Program-made: the position numbers and the translations under genes | Notes under the pieces: model-generated | Seen by the model: only the letters and a program-made list of their open reading frames with translations | The model's database searches: none | Told to the model about the DNA's origin: nothing | In this document: positions 23,501 to 36,800 of the stretch, piece after piece | How positions within the stretch are numbered: the first letter of the stretch is position 1 | How the letters are laid out: each line of letters begins with the position of its first letter | Assembly (NCBI RefSeq): GCF_021028975.2 | Contig: NC_059426.1 | Coordinates: forward strand, 154,380,001-154,444,000 | Source of the DNA: Sphaerodactylus townsendi | Lineage: Eukaryota | Direction of reading: 5' to 3' | DNA: 64,000 nt

Positions 23501-26500
23501 TTATTCAGCTAAGTAATTTACAAATATTTGAAATAGCTTGGTGTCTAGTAGTGTCATGTTTAAATATATGAGTCTATTTTGAAAGAGATGGAGCATGCTG
23601 TGAAATGAAATCTGACTTATTGAATCATGTTTGAAAAGCAATCACCGCTGTCAGGACAAATGTTGCAAATCTGAGCGACACGGCCATGTGGAAAATCAAA
23701 AGGGCACGTTTTGCCCGGAATCGGCAGAAGAGTGTGCGCTCTTTGAGGGACAGCGTGAAGGGCCCTGTGGAATCCAAGAGAGCACTTTCTCTTCCAGAAA
23801 CCTTAACCACCAAGATCCGTTGAGTATTTCTTCACCTTTCTCTTCTCATTTAAAAATATTTCAAAATTTCTTTGTGGAGTAAAGTTATAAATTGTGCACC
23901 CCTTTATCATAGATTTTGGTTCCAGGCTGCTACAGATGTTTTCCAAACAGATATTGGGTTGGAGTCTACAGATTTGTTTTGCTCAGATGTGCTTTCTTCT
24001 GGTGGAAAAAGCCATTGCATCAAAGAAAGATTCTTTCTGCTATAGGAAAGTGTCTCTACCAGTGGAATGGATATGTTAGAATTAGTACCTTGAATTTAAC
24101 CTGGAAGCAAGCAGGCAGGCACCGCACCTGCTGAAGAATAAGGGTGATATGACCCAACCAGAGGTGTATTGCCAACGGGGCAGGGGGGGGGGGTGCGATG
24201 CCCCGAGTGTGTGCCTTGGTGGGGGTGTGGCAAGGGTGTGGCGGGGGGCATGGCTGGGTGTTTCAGGGACGTTCCGGGGTGGAGTGGGGGAAGGCAGCAC
24301 TGCAGCAGAGGCGCAGGGGGCACACGTGCCCCAGACACAGTTCTCCCTCACTCCACCCCAGACCTAACCTCTAGTTAGTAAATGAGCAGCTGCATTCTGA
24401 ATCAACTGAAGCTTCCATGCTGCCATGTGGTGCTCATGTGAGAGCAGATCATATGCACACCAGCCAGAAGGGTGGTCATGCTGAAGAGTTTGGTCAATCA
24501 GCGCATATGACTGAATGCCAGGCTCATAATGATGCTGTCATCTGATTGTACCACTGTATGGCAAGATTGATTTTCATCCTGCTAAGGGACATGTGTAGAT
24601 GAAATTATTCTCCTGTGATGTGTTGGACTACTATGTCATGTAGGCAGCTATAATGCATGTTGAACTGTTTGTCCAGGTCTGATATTTGGTCATATAAACA
24701 CATTTTCTGTGTTGCAGTAGGGTAGCTGTGGAAGAGTTACCATGGAGGGGGCTCGCCAGTGAAACTATGATGTCACTTCTGGCATGACCCAGAAGTGATG
24801 TCATTATGTTAGATTATACTGATTGTCTTCCATTTTCCACAACATTTCCCCATCTTCCAGTTGAGTGATTGTAAGCAGAACTGGTGGGGAATGAGAAGTC
24901 TTCCACTGAAACAAGAGACTTGGCTTTCTTAGTTATAGCTCTAATTTTAGCACTATATTGAGGATGGGCAGAAGTGATGTGCACCCGAGGTGCCAGATGG
25001 GAATACGGCACNNNNNNNNNNNNNNNNNNNNNNNNNNNNNNNNNNNNNNNNNNNNNNNNNNNNNNNNNNNNNNNNNNNNNNNNNNNNNNNNNNNNNNNNN
25101 NNNNNNNNNNNNNNNNNNNNNNNNNNNNNNNNNNNNNNNNNNNNNNNNNNNNNNNNNNNNNNNNNNNNNNNNNNNNNNNNNNNNNNNNNNNNNNNNNNNN
25201 NNNNNNNNNNNNNNNNNNNNNNNNNNNNNNNNNNNNNNNNNNNNNNNNNNNNNNNNNNNNNNNNNNNNNNNNNNNNNNNNNNNNNNNNNNNNNNNNNNNN
25301 NNNNNNNNNNNNNNNNNNNNNNNNNNNNNNNNNNNNAGGCACGAACAGTCTGCTCCGGCACTTGGTGGAACACCAGAAGAAGCACCAGGTAAATATTTCA
25401 TTACGAACACCTGGTTACTAGACAAGATGGGGAAAATTTTTTGCAAATATTGAATCATTAAAATGAAAGAAGCCCATTCAATTTAATCCTCATAGGAGTA
25501 ATAGCATGATTAGCATATTCAAAGTACTTTGAATTTACTTATAGTGTTGGTTTTAACTTTTGCTCATTTAAAGCATTTCTGTCCCACTTTTCAATTGAAT
25601 ATATCCCCAATTTGACTTATAGCACATTAAAATATAAATGATTGAAATTAATTAATGATGGGTAAGGACTCGCGGCTTCTATTTGGCATCAGAATACAAT
25701 TGAAGGGAATATGATTGTTTTACTGAACTTCCTGTGGAGGTTCAGTAATGTAATCCGAAATTTGAATTGGATCTGGAATCTGTAGAATGGAATCCACACG
25801 GGGTCCACTCCCCATGTCTTCCACCTGCCACCCCCCACCTCCCACTTCCATTTCAAATTGTTAGCTGGATGTGGCAATAGCAGTTGTGGCCGCATCTTCC
25901 ATTTGGAGGAATGATGGGAAATGTAGTTACTGCTGTGACTGTGCATAGCAGTAACTACATTTAGGCAACACTTGAGAACGATAACTACATTTCCCATAGT
26001 TCTCCCCCCCCCCCCTGAATGTATGTATTTATTTTAAAAAACAGGATAAAAAGAATTAGGGGGAACTTAAAATACAGAAGTGTCCTCAAAAACTTCCTTC
26101 ATTCTCCATGTATATGTAACTCAGAAGACCGAGGGTGAAGAATGGTCTACTTGTAACAGAAGAGGGATCTGAGTTTAGAGGGATGCTGAATATTCTGAGT
26201 TTTTTTGGGGGGGGTGGGAGGGCAGTGGTGATGCTATTTTAAGTGTATCATTATTGAGTACTGTTTTGGAGGCTCTAGAACTTAGGTGTCAAACTCACAG
26301 CCCTCCAGATGTTTTGGAGTTTGACACCTGGCGTCGCAGCCAAATTATCGGAATGAAACAACAATATTAGTATAGTGCAGCCAGGCCGTACCGATAACAG
26401 CAAACGTTTTTTTTAAATGTTGTGTTTGAAGTGCAGTGTTGTTGCATTTGAAGTGCAGTTGAAATGTTGTATGTTAAAATGTTGCATTTAAAGTTCCATC

Positions 26501-27796
26501 TATGGCAGTGGTGGCGAACCTTTGGCACTCCAGATGTTATGGACTACAATTCCCATGCTGGCAGGGGCTGATGGGAATTGTAGTCCATAACATCTGGAGT
26601 GCCAAAGGTTCGCCACCACGGATCTATGGCAACAGCCTCTCTGCTCTTGTTGCCTAAAGGTGCATCTGGAAGAGAGGTCATGCTGCCTTCTAAGGGCCTC
26701 CCAGACGTTATGTTGGTTTATGGATTATGGCTCTTTTCTGTGCTAACAGGGCAACCTTCACCAGAGAATGATAATACCATAAAGGACCTTCTCCCAGAGG
26801 ATGCCGGCATCGACCATCAGACAGTCCATCAACTCATTACTGTGCTGATGAAATTTATGGCAAAAGATGAGAGCAGCGCAGAGTCAGATATCAGCAGCGC
26901 AAAAGCCTTCAACACAGTCAAGCGCCATTTGTATGTCTTGCTGTCCTACGATCAACAGGAAGGCTGCTTCATGATCGCTCCTCAAAAAATGCGTGTGTCG
27001 ACTTGTTTTAATGCCTTTATTGCAGGGATTGCTCAAGTAAGTTGGCTTTATTCTCTGTGAAGAATTACACTTTGGTTTGGTTTGGTGAAAAGGGTCAGGT
27101 TGTCCAGTATCGGATGGCTTATGTTGATGGCCGTTTGTCGCGGCAGCCAACGGGCTTGGTGGCAAAACTCAAGAGGATTGAATGGTGTGTGAACCGCTCC
27201 AATTTGTGTCCCGGAATCTGATTACTTCTCATTTGGAAAATAAAATGGTTCTAACAGTATGGTGTTTGGACAGCTTCAGTACAAGACCATAGGGGATTAT
27301 CTCTATCCTTCAAATGTTTTTGTACAAAATCCATTGAAGTGACTAGAGACAGAGTAGAATCAGCTCTTATTGTAAATCATACACCTGATCTTGAGTTTTC
27401 CTACCCTTGTTATTTTGCCAGTTTTGGTGGGGGCGGAGGATCTTTTCCACATGTGCTTTCCTCCCTCTAGTGGTGGCTTTGATCTTTCATCACTGTTTCT
27501 CTGTATTTTCTATGACCACTTTCAAAGTCAAGAGCCTGGAGAAGCGGCAATGAAAGATTGAAACAACCACTAGAGGGAGCAAAACACATGAGAAAAAAAA
27601 CACTGATGCAGTACAGGCAATTAAATGACATAAATTTCTCCTGAGCAAAGCGCAAAGCTCTTTCTCTCCAATATTCTTTGGGATTATCCCTCAGAAATCT
27701 AGCCCTGCTATATACCTGGAACATCTTGTTAATTACAATTGCAGATGGATCATGACTTGAGCAAGGTGTAACTCTTTTCTGTCAGTACATCTTCAT

Positions 27797-27827
<31 letters not shown>

Positions 27828-30800
27828 TGATGAGATTTATAAGCCGCCTCACCCCCAAAGTGCTCGAGGCGGCTCACAGAATGGCTGCACATTCAACGAC
27901 AATCAACAGAACATATCAATTACAAGAGTGCAGCTTAATTCATTAAAACAAGGTCGCTTCTCTAATATCCCACAAAATGAGCGTTGCTGTCGATTCTGTC
28001 CAGAGACAACTGATTCACTTTCTCACATTCTGCTTCACTGTTCAAAATACATAAATAACAGGTGTGGACAAGTCCCTTAATTACTATACTCTGAGCATTC
28101 TAACATCCATGCGATTGGCTGTGAACAGACTTCACCTGGTTTGTTCATGACAAAAATGGACCAGGAAGTTCCCCCAACTTGCATATTCCTTTTCCCATCT
28201 TCATTTCCTTGTTCATGGCTGGGCATCTTCCTGGTTCTATTAAATTGCCATTTTCATATGCCATTTAAAATCCGAGTTAAATGCTTCTAAACCATAGTTT
28301 AATCCTATTTGACAATCTTTCTTAATAGCAAAAAGAACAAAACACTGTCTATGGTCAGATTTGGATGTCATGGAATACTCCAGTTAGATTGAACCAAGAA
28401 GTTTTTCATTTTCTAGCAATATGTGGAGAGTGGAAAGAAAGGAGTACATGAAACAAAGGACCATCTGGCTTGTTCTAGGTACAGGTTAATCAAAAATGCC
28501 AAGGGAGTTAAAAATACTTTCCGAAAGTCTGTATAAAACTGTAATGAAAATATAAACCGAATCTATAAAATGCTATTTTAATGAACAAAGCTTTCTCAAA
28601 AACAGTATGTCTCACAATAAAATCTCTAGATAAGTGCGTAGTGCAAACCATAGGGTTTTCAAGGCAAGAGATGCTCAGAAGTGGTTTGCTGTTGTCTTCC
28701 TCTGTGTCATGCTCTGGCCTATTCTTTGCTGTCTCCTAAATTCAAATACTCTGTCAGTCAAAGAGATGAGGCTGATTGTGTGCAACATGATGCAATGCTA
28801 CCCATAAGTTTCCATGGCAGAGTGGAGATTTGAGCCTGGGTTTTCCAGATCCTAGTCCAACACTGTAACCACTACACCATGTTTTCCCCTGTGCTGATCT
28901 GGAAATATCAATAAACAACCATTGTGCAAACAATCTTGACCAGGTGCTCGGGAGCAGCGGCAGCAGCAGAAGGCCATTGCTTTCACATCCTGCATGTGAG
29001 CTCCCAAAGGCATCTGGTGGGCCACTATGAGTAGCAGAGTGCTGGACAAGATGGACTCTGGTCTGATCCAGCAGGCTCTTTCTTATGTTCTTATGATGCT
29101 CCAAAAACTCACAACTTATACAATAATATCGACAAAAATAGCTGACCACGTTTTGCCACAATTATCTTCCTCAGTGGTCACTAGCCACTTTTACTCAACG
29201 TTTTGATTTATCTGATCTCCTTGCATTGGGTTTCTTTCCCCATAATTGCAATTGGCCCAGTTTGTTCTGAAAACACTGAAAAGGATAATGTTTCAGTGTT
29301 TTCAGAGTTATGGTTGATTTATTATTGAGTGCCATGGCTGACTGTTGGGCATGTTCAGAAGGTCTCAGGTTGAGTCCTGGTGCCCCTAGTTAAAGTATCT
29401 TGCTTACTAAGTGTTGGAAGAAAGTCTTCTGCCCGAGTTCTGGTTAAAATTAATAATACTGAGATAGACCAACTGTCTCCCTTGGTATAAGACAGATTCT
29501 TAAGTTCATTATTTGTTCAGAAAAACTTTTCCAGTGTTAGCACACATACTGTAGTTGAATGGTGTAGAGGAAGAGATAACTTATCTCCTTTCTATGAGAG
29601 GTCATCAGACCTCGGAGAAAAACCGCAGCCAAACCCATATGATTAGAAAATCCTTTAAAATATTTTTGAAGGGTTTATTGACTATAAAGTCCTTTTAATA
29701 AACCAAAATTACTGGCAAACAATCAGTCCACGAAGCGCCAGCAATTAAAAACCCAGACATAAAATACATCCTTGAAAAATACTGACGTTAAGTCCTTAAG
29801 CAAGCAATAAATCCTATACAAACTCTATGCATAAAAAGGACATAATTACAAAACAACTGTTGGATAGCTGAACTAACAGATAAACCGAACTCATCCTGAA
29901 GAGGCAGGAAACAAGGTAAAGATCACCCAACTCAGGAATTGGGCACCAATTAAACTGCAAAACAGGCAGTATGACTTTCATCATCTCACTGGGGTGTTTC
30001 AAACATATCCTTTGTTAGAGAACCAGGATGCAGCTGGGTCCATGATCTTCAATCAACTGTTGTTCCGTAAGGTGTTAAGTGGGAAGCTATCATCTGGTGG
30101 CGTTAAGACAAGCAATTTTCTGAGGACTTCTATGCCAAAACTCACAACCTTCATGACTTTGGCTGAGCTAATATGACAATTCCTCTACAAATGGTTAGTG
30201 GGCTCAAAGCACAGTTCAGTTATCGAGCAGCTCTGTCTTGGTACAGTGCTTGGATGGAAGGGCTCTTTGGGAATACATACTTTGAGGCTTGGTTTATGCC
30301 ATGACTGAGGGATCTCAATAGTTCTAAAGCCTTCAAGAAGTGGTGTTTGCACTACTTGATCGAATTCTGCTTCAGTGGTTTCATGCTGGAGTGTGACTTG
30401 GAAGTTTTTCTACAAGACATTCCTTTCTTCTGCGCAGCCATTGCTATCTATTTTGGAAAGGCATCTTCCAATAGCAGAAATTGTAATACTGAATGTTCTG
30501 AACATGGTTCGGAGAGTAGCCCAGCAGATGGTGGTATTTGACCGTTCTTCTGGGGAGAGACTGCCTGTGGCAGCCTCGAATCAGGATAGATTGTGTCAAG
30601 GTGTTGCAGTGTTAGATCCCATCAGGGCCTAGGTTTTTTCAAAATTGTGCCGGGTGTTCATTTGGTGGAGAGTTTTTTTTTCTGAAAAACGTTTTTTAAA
30701 AATGAAGGAGAGCAGAGGAGAGCAGAGGTAGTTAGAGATTCCCAGGGCAAAAGTCCGGGATAGGCCCTCAGAGACCATGTGCTCCTACATCAGCCTCACC

Positions 30801-33800
30801 CCAGGCCAAACAGTGGATGATTTTCGCCTCATGCAAAGTGGACAGGAGTCACCAGTACCACCAGAAGCCAGCTGTTTGAGCCCCAGACAGGCTGGGTCCA
30901 AGCAGCATTAGGAGACTGCTGGGTTTTTTTCAGAGGGTGACAAGCCATGGGTGTTGGGTAGTGTGACCAGATGTCCCGCTTTTGGTGCGACAGTCCCGCT
31001 TTTGACTAATTTGTCCCGCGTCCCATGGGTTTTTTTAAATGTCCCGATTTTTGGAAGGCTGCCGCACTGCCTTCTGGGGTGCTCCCCTGTGACAGGGCGG
31101 AAAACAGGGGTTTGGCAGTGTGGCAGCCTCCCACCCCAGTGTGGCAGCCTCCCGCCCCAGAAGGCAGTGCGCTCTTGCGGCTGTGTGCGCGCACGCGCAC
31201 CCCCCAAGGGTGTCCCACTTTAAAAAGGTGAAAATCTGGTCACCTTAGTGTTGGGGGGCCTCCAGTGAGCGCATGTTGCCCATTAGTTAAGATCACCCCT
31301 GGAGCCCAACATCGAGCTGCATTTGTGCCCACTGAAGCTGAATGTTGGCTTAATGCAACCACAGACTGCAGCCAAAGTGATTTTTATAAAACTTAGTGGA
31401 CACCTTGCTGCATGCAGGGCAATGGAGAAGGAATGAGGAAAGACCATCAAGGCAGCTATGAAATGATGCATGGGATGCATGGGCTACTGTCATTGCTCAT
31501 CTGCTATGTCAGCAGGTCCGAGCAGTATGTCATGTTCTATGCTAATTTTAAATGGTCTGCTGAGCGGAAGGTCTCAACTGGCCAATCAGAGGAAACACCT
31601 ATGGCAGCTCTGTACTTCCCTAAACTCCAGAGCCCCTATTTAGCCAAGGATGGTTGCACATTTTTTAAAAAGCAGTGGATACAGGAGTGGCTTGTACTCC
31701 TAACTTATTGCATTTCTGGTGCAAGAGTCTGGAGAGGGAACTTGAATCCTTTGCCATTAAGAAAATGTACAGATTTCCCCTGCGGTCATTACACCGCAAT
31801 AGACCTGGAAAACCGTGAACCATTCATCCACCTGCTTTATACTGCTTCTTCCAATGTGCAAAACAGCTTCTAATGACAGTGTGGGTAAGATTCCTTCCTC
31901 TGGTGATAGCAAATCATGCCACTATTCCATTCCACTCTGAGAGCCAGTGTGGTGTCGTGGTTAAGAGCAGGTGGATTCTAATCTGGAGAACTGAGTTTGA
32001 TTCCCCACTCCTCCACCTGAGTAGAAGAGGCTTATCTGGTGAACCAATGTGTTTTGCACTCCTACATTCCTGCTGGGAGATCTGGGGCTAGTCACAGTTC
32101 TTGGGAACTCTCTCAGCCCCACCTACCTCACAGGATGTCTGTTGTGGGGAGAGAAAGGGAAAGGAGCTTGTAAGCCACCTTGGGTGTCCATACAGGAGAG
32201 AAAGGTGGGGTATAAATCCAAACTCCTCATCATCATCATCTTCAAAATCTCTTTCTCAGAGCTGCTTCCTGTTTCATCCTCCTTGCTGCTTTCCTTTTCC
32301 ATTCATCTCCAGACCATAGACTGGAATAGGGACTGTCTTCACCCTTTAGATTGGCAAAGTACCACATATCCTGATGCTGTTGCACAATCCAACATATCTG
32401 CCCTGTGCTGCGCATATACAAAATGTTTGCATTGTGGACACATTATATGACTGTTGGCATATATTCTCAGTTTCAGCCCATGAAACAGTGCTTGCTGATC
32501 ACAGTAGGCATGGGTTTATATTTCCTCTTGGCAACAGGAGGTTTGGAAATTTTTGTCAGAAGCCTGAGCCCCTGGCCTTGTGTTAAAACTAACCCTATTA
32601 TTTTTATTTAATTTATTCAGTCATAATTTTTTCCGAATTTGTAACAAAAACCCGAAACTTAAAACTGACCATTGCACTACTATTGGACTGCGCCCTAGAA
32701 CTCAACATAACATTAATGCAAGCCTGAGCACCTGCCCTTGCGTTAACCCTAACACCAACTTATTAATTTTATTTAATTTATTCAGTCATAAATTGTTCCC
32801 AAAATTGTTACAAAAAATAAATTAAATAAAAATAATATGTTAGGGTTAGGGTTAAGGAAAGGGTAGAAGCTAAGGATTGCCTTAGTGTTACGTTGAGTTC
32901 TAGGGGGCAGTCCGAGAATAGGGCCATGGTCAATTTTAGGTTTTGGGTTTTTGTTACAAATTTGGGAACAATTTAAGACTGAATAAATTAAGTAAAAATA
33001 AAAAGTTAGGGTTGGGGTTCAAGCAAGGGCAAGGGTTAAGGCAAAACCTCAAAACCTGAAACTGACGATAGCCCTATTCACTGACTGCGCCCTAGAATCC
33101 TCAAACGAAACACTAAGGCAATCCTTAGTGTCTACCCTTGCCTTAGCTTCTACTCTACCCTTGCTTCTACCCTTGACTGCATACATTAAATAAAAATAAT
33201 AAGTTAGGGTTAGGGTTAAGGCAAGAGCAGGGGCTCGGGCTTTCCTTAGTGTAACGTTGAGTTCTAAGGTGCAATCTGAGAATAGGGCTATGATCAGTTT
33301 CAGGTTTTGGTTTTTTGATACAATTTTGTGAACAATTTATGTCTGAATAAATTAAATAAAAATAATAAGTTAGGGTTAAGGTTAAGGCAAGAGCAGGGGC
33401 TCGTGCTTGCATTAGTGTTACGTTGAGTTGTAGGGTTCAATTCGAGAATTTGGTCAATGGTCAGTTTCAGGTTTTGTTTTTTTTGATACAATTTTGGGAG
33501 CAATTTATGAGTGAAAAAATTAAATAAAAATAATAAGTTAGGGTTAAGGCAACAGCAGGGCCTCGGGCTTGCCTTAGTGTTATGTTGAGTTCTAGGGTGC
33601 AGTCCAAGAATAGGGCTATGGTCAGTTTTAGGTTTCAGGTTTTTGTTATAAATTTGGGAACAATTTATGACTGAATAAATAAAAAAATAAAAAAAATAGG
33701 GTTGGGGTTCAAGCAAGGGCAAGGGTTATATAAACTCCTCGGATATTTGAAATTGATTCACAGTTCTACTTCCATGGACTGCACCCTAGAACCCTTAATG

Positions 33801-36800
33801 TAACATTAGCAGTAATCCTTAGTTTCTACCCTTTGCTCTTTAACTCGTTCCTAATTTAACTTATTATTTTTATTTAATTTATTTTCTGTTACAATTTGGG
33901 GAGCAATTTATGAGTGAAAAAATTAAATAAAAATAATAGGTTAGGGTTAGGGTTAAGGCAAGCGCAGGGGCTCGGGTTTGCCTTAGGGTAACGTTGAGTT
34001 CTAGGCTGCAGTCCGAGAATAGGGCTATGGTCAATTTTAGGTTTCGGGTTTTTGTTACAATTTTGGGAACAATTTATGAATGAATAAATCAAATAAAAAT
34101 AATAAGTTAGGGTTAGGGTTAACACAAGAGCAGGGGCTCCGGCTTGCATTAGTGTTATGATGAGTCATAGGGCATAGTCCAATAATAGCGCAATGGTCAG
34201 TTTTAGGTTTTGGGTTTTTGTTACAATTTTGGGTTAGGGTTAAGGCAAGGGTTGAAGCTAAGGCTTGCCTTAGTGTTAGGTTGAGTTCTAGGGCGCAGTC
34301 CGAGACTAGGGCTATGGTCAGTTTCAGGTTTCTGGTTTTTGTAACAATTTTGGGAACAATTTATGACTGAATAAATTATATTTTTAAAAATTAGTTTTAG
34401 GGTTCAGAGAAGGGTTAAGGCAAACCCCCAAAACCTGAAACTGACCATAGCCCTATTCACGGACTGCACCTTAGAACTCAACATAACACTAGAACAAGCC
34501 TGAGCCCCTGCACTTGTTTAAACACCATTGAAAATGATGCTGTTTGGGGGTGGATTCCAGCATCACATGTTTAAACTAGGGAGGCCAGATTCTCCTTTTA
34601 AATCCACCTTAAAGGGAGAATCTGGGGTCCCCAGTTTAAATAACACTGAAAGTGATGCTGTTTCCCCCAACTGGGGGGCTGTATACAACACCATAAAATG
34701 TTTTCATAGCAGTAATAAAACATTTTGAAAGCATTTTTAAAATGTTTTCAAAAATGTTTATTTCTGCTGTGGGGCATGTCCCATTGCTGTGTTCAAATTT
34801 GTGAGTTGGGGCATGTTCTATAATGTAATAGTGACTTTGAGACGACCTGGGGTAAAAAAAAAAATCATTGTTTGGTCACAATGGGGAGGGTAGCTGCTCA
34901 TGCATGGGGCGCCGGGGTAAATCCTTAGGTTTTGCTCATTAGGCTCTAGCGTTTGCCTAAGTAGATACACCCTCTCTGCGATCATCAGTCAACATGAGTC
35001 CCTGTGAGAGCACTTCTTGTTCCAACGCTGGGCAAGCAACTAGCAAAAACAGTAGCCACCCTTTCTTGAAGTAGTCCAGATATTTATGAGAACAGAATCT
35101 TTAATTTTTGTAATTTCCTCATTAATCATTTTGCTTTTCTGGATCTTAAGCTTGTTTTTTTTAATGGTTTGTCCTCTTTCTCCCTTTTGCATTGTTAACA
35201 ACAATGGAAGCTTTCAGAATGCGACAGACAAAACCAAATGATTCCAGAAATGCTGATTGATTCACTGGTCTAAACATGTAGCTTAATACTATGCCTTTAC
35301 AATAAACCTAATGGGGTTTACCTTTCTAAAAGCTTGCAGCTCATTTCTTTATCAGCTGCCAAACATCTTATAAAGTTAATTTGGACTGTGTAGATATGCA
35401 AACCTTGATGCCTTTTGCTAAGTGTTGTACATTCCTGCTGAATATTACTTGCAGGTGATGGACTACAACATCAATCTTGGCAAGCACCTCCTTCCCTTGG
35501 TAGCTCAGGTACTGAAGTACTGCACATGTCCACAGCTGAGGCACTACTTCCAGCAGCCCCCCCGCTGCTCCCTTTGGCCCCTGAAGCCTCATATTCGGCA
35601 GATGTGGCTCAAGGCATTGCTTGTCATTCTTTACAAGGTAAGTGGGATAGGCTGTAACCAGTGGTGGGATCCAAACATTTTAATAACAGGTACCGATGGT
35701 GGTGGGATTCAAACAGTGGCGGCACCGCACTCACGCACCTCCAGTCCCTATTGGGCAGGGAGGTTGCTTTAGTAACCCCTTCTTGGCACTCAGAAAAAAT
35801 TAGTAACCACTTCTAGAGAAGTGGTGAGAACTGGTTGGATCCCACCTCTGGCTGTAACTCAGTGGAAAAGTCTTTGCTTTGTATACCAAAGGTCCCAACC
35901 TTGCTTTTCCAGCTAAAAGGAACAGGCAGTAGGCGATGTGAAATACCTTTGTTTGATATCCTTGAGAGCCTCTGCCACCCTGAGTAGACAATGGACTTTT
36001 TTGCATTCTCCTTTCCTTTCTCAAAGTTTCTTTTCTTCGTTGCTGAAGTTCTGCACATGTTGTGCTCCCTCTAGTGGTTGATTTGATTTTATACCTGTTA
36101 TTATGAAAATTAAAAAGCTGCTGCATGAATCAGCAGGGAAGTAAGCTAGATAAATCTTCAAATCGTAAAGTAAGCTAGATTAATCTTTAAATCAACCACT
36201 AGAGGGAGTCAGTGCAGAAGAACACAGAAGAAACATGAACTCTGAGATGAGGAAAAAGAGAATGCAGAGAAGCCCAATGGCGTCCTTGACAGACCAGTGG
36301 TCTGATTCAGTAGAAGGCAATTTCATGCCTATGTGTACGTGCTCGTGTGTTGCTACCAGAGCAACTGGCATTAATGCTAGGTGGTATCAAGTAAAAAACT
36401 GAATAATGAAGAACACCAGTAAGATCTGAAACATAAAACAGGAGTCCAGCAGTTCTGTAAAGATTAACAAAAGTTATTCCACTTACTTTGTGTGACACAG
36501 AAGTATTTATGCTCAGAACTACAAACAGCACAAGTGGGAGGAGATGTTACAAAGAGAAGCAAGCTTAAAAACAGTAGTCAATCTATGCCTGACTATTGGT
36601 GGATAGACAAAGTAGAACCAACATAAAAGAAGTATATGCAGTTCCAATTAGAAAAGCTGAGAGATATAGAAGAACTAGTTAACATGTGAAAAGGGTGGGA
36701 GCTGCCAAGGTATTTGACCTGTGATGAGTGACAAATGTCTGAACCGTATGAAGTCCTAGCTGAGAAATATAATTAAACTTCTTGAGGAATGCTAATTTGG

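Noticed and set aside
27946-28050. CxxC...H...C peptide ([23 protein letters not shown])
   Set aside because: Probably a small LINE C-terminal zinc-knuckle remnant rather than a host exon, and too short to classify.
31939-32010. tRNA gene
   Set aside because: It has A and B boxes but continues into a SINE body and tail, and no intact cloverleaf is evident.
32580-34149. Repeated similar ORFs (NPNLLFLFN..., [10 protein letters not shown]...) and a possible CRISPR-like array
   Set aside because: These are by-products of the 165-bp repeat. There are no unique spacers or cas genes, and the context is a vertebrate intron.
32836-34240. Interstitial telomere or chromosome fusion site
   Set aside because: There are only one or two TTAGGG units per monomer inside a complex unit, and the gene is collinear across the array.
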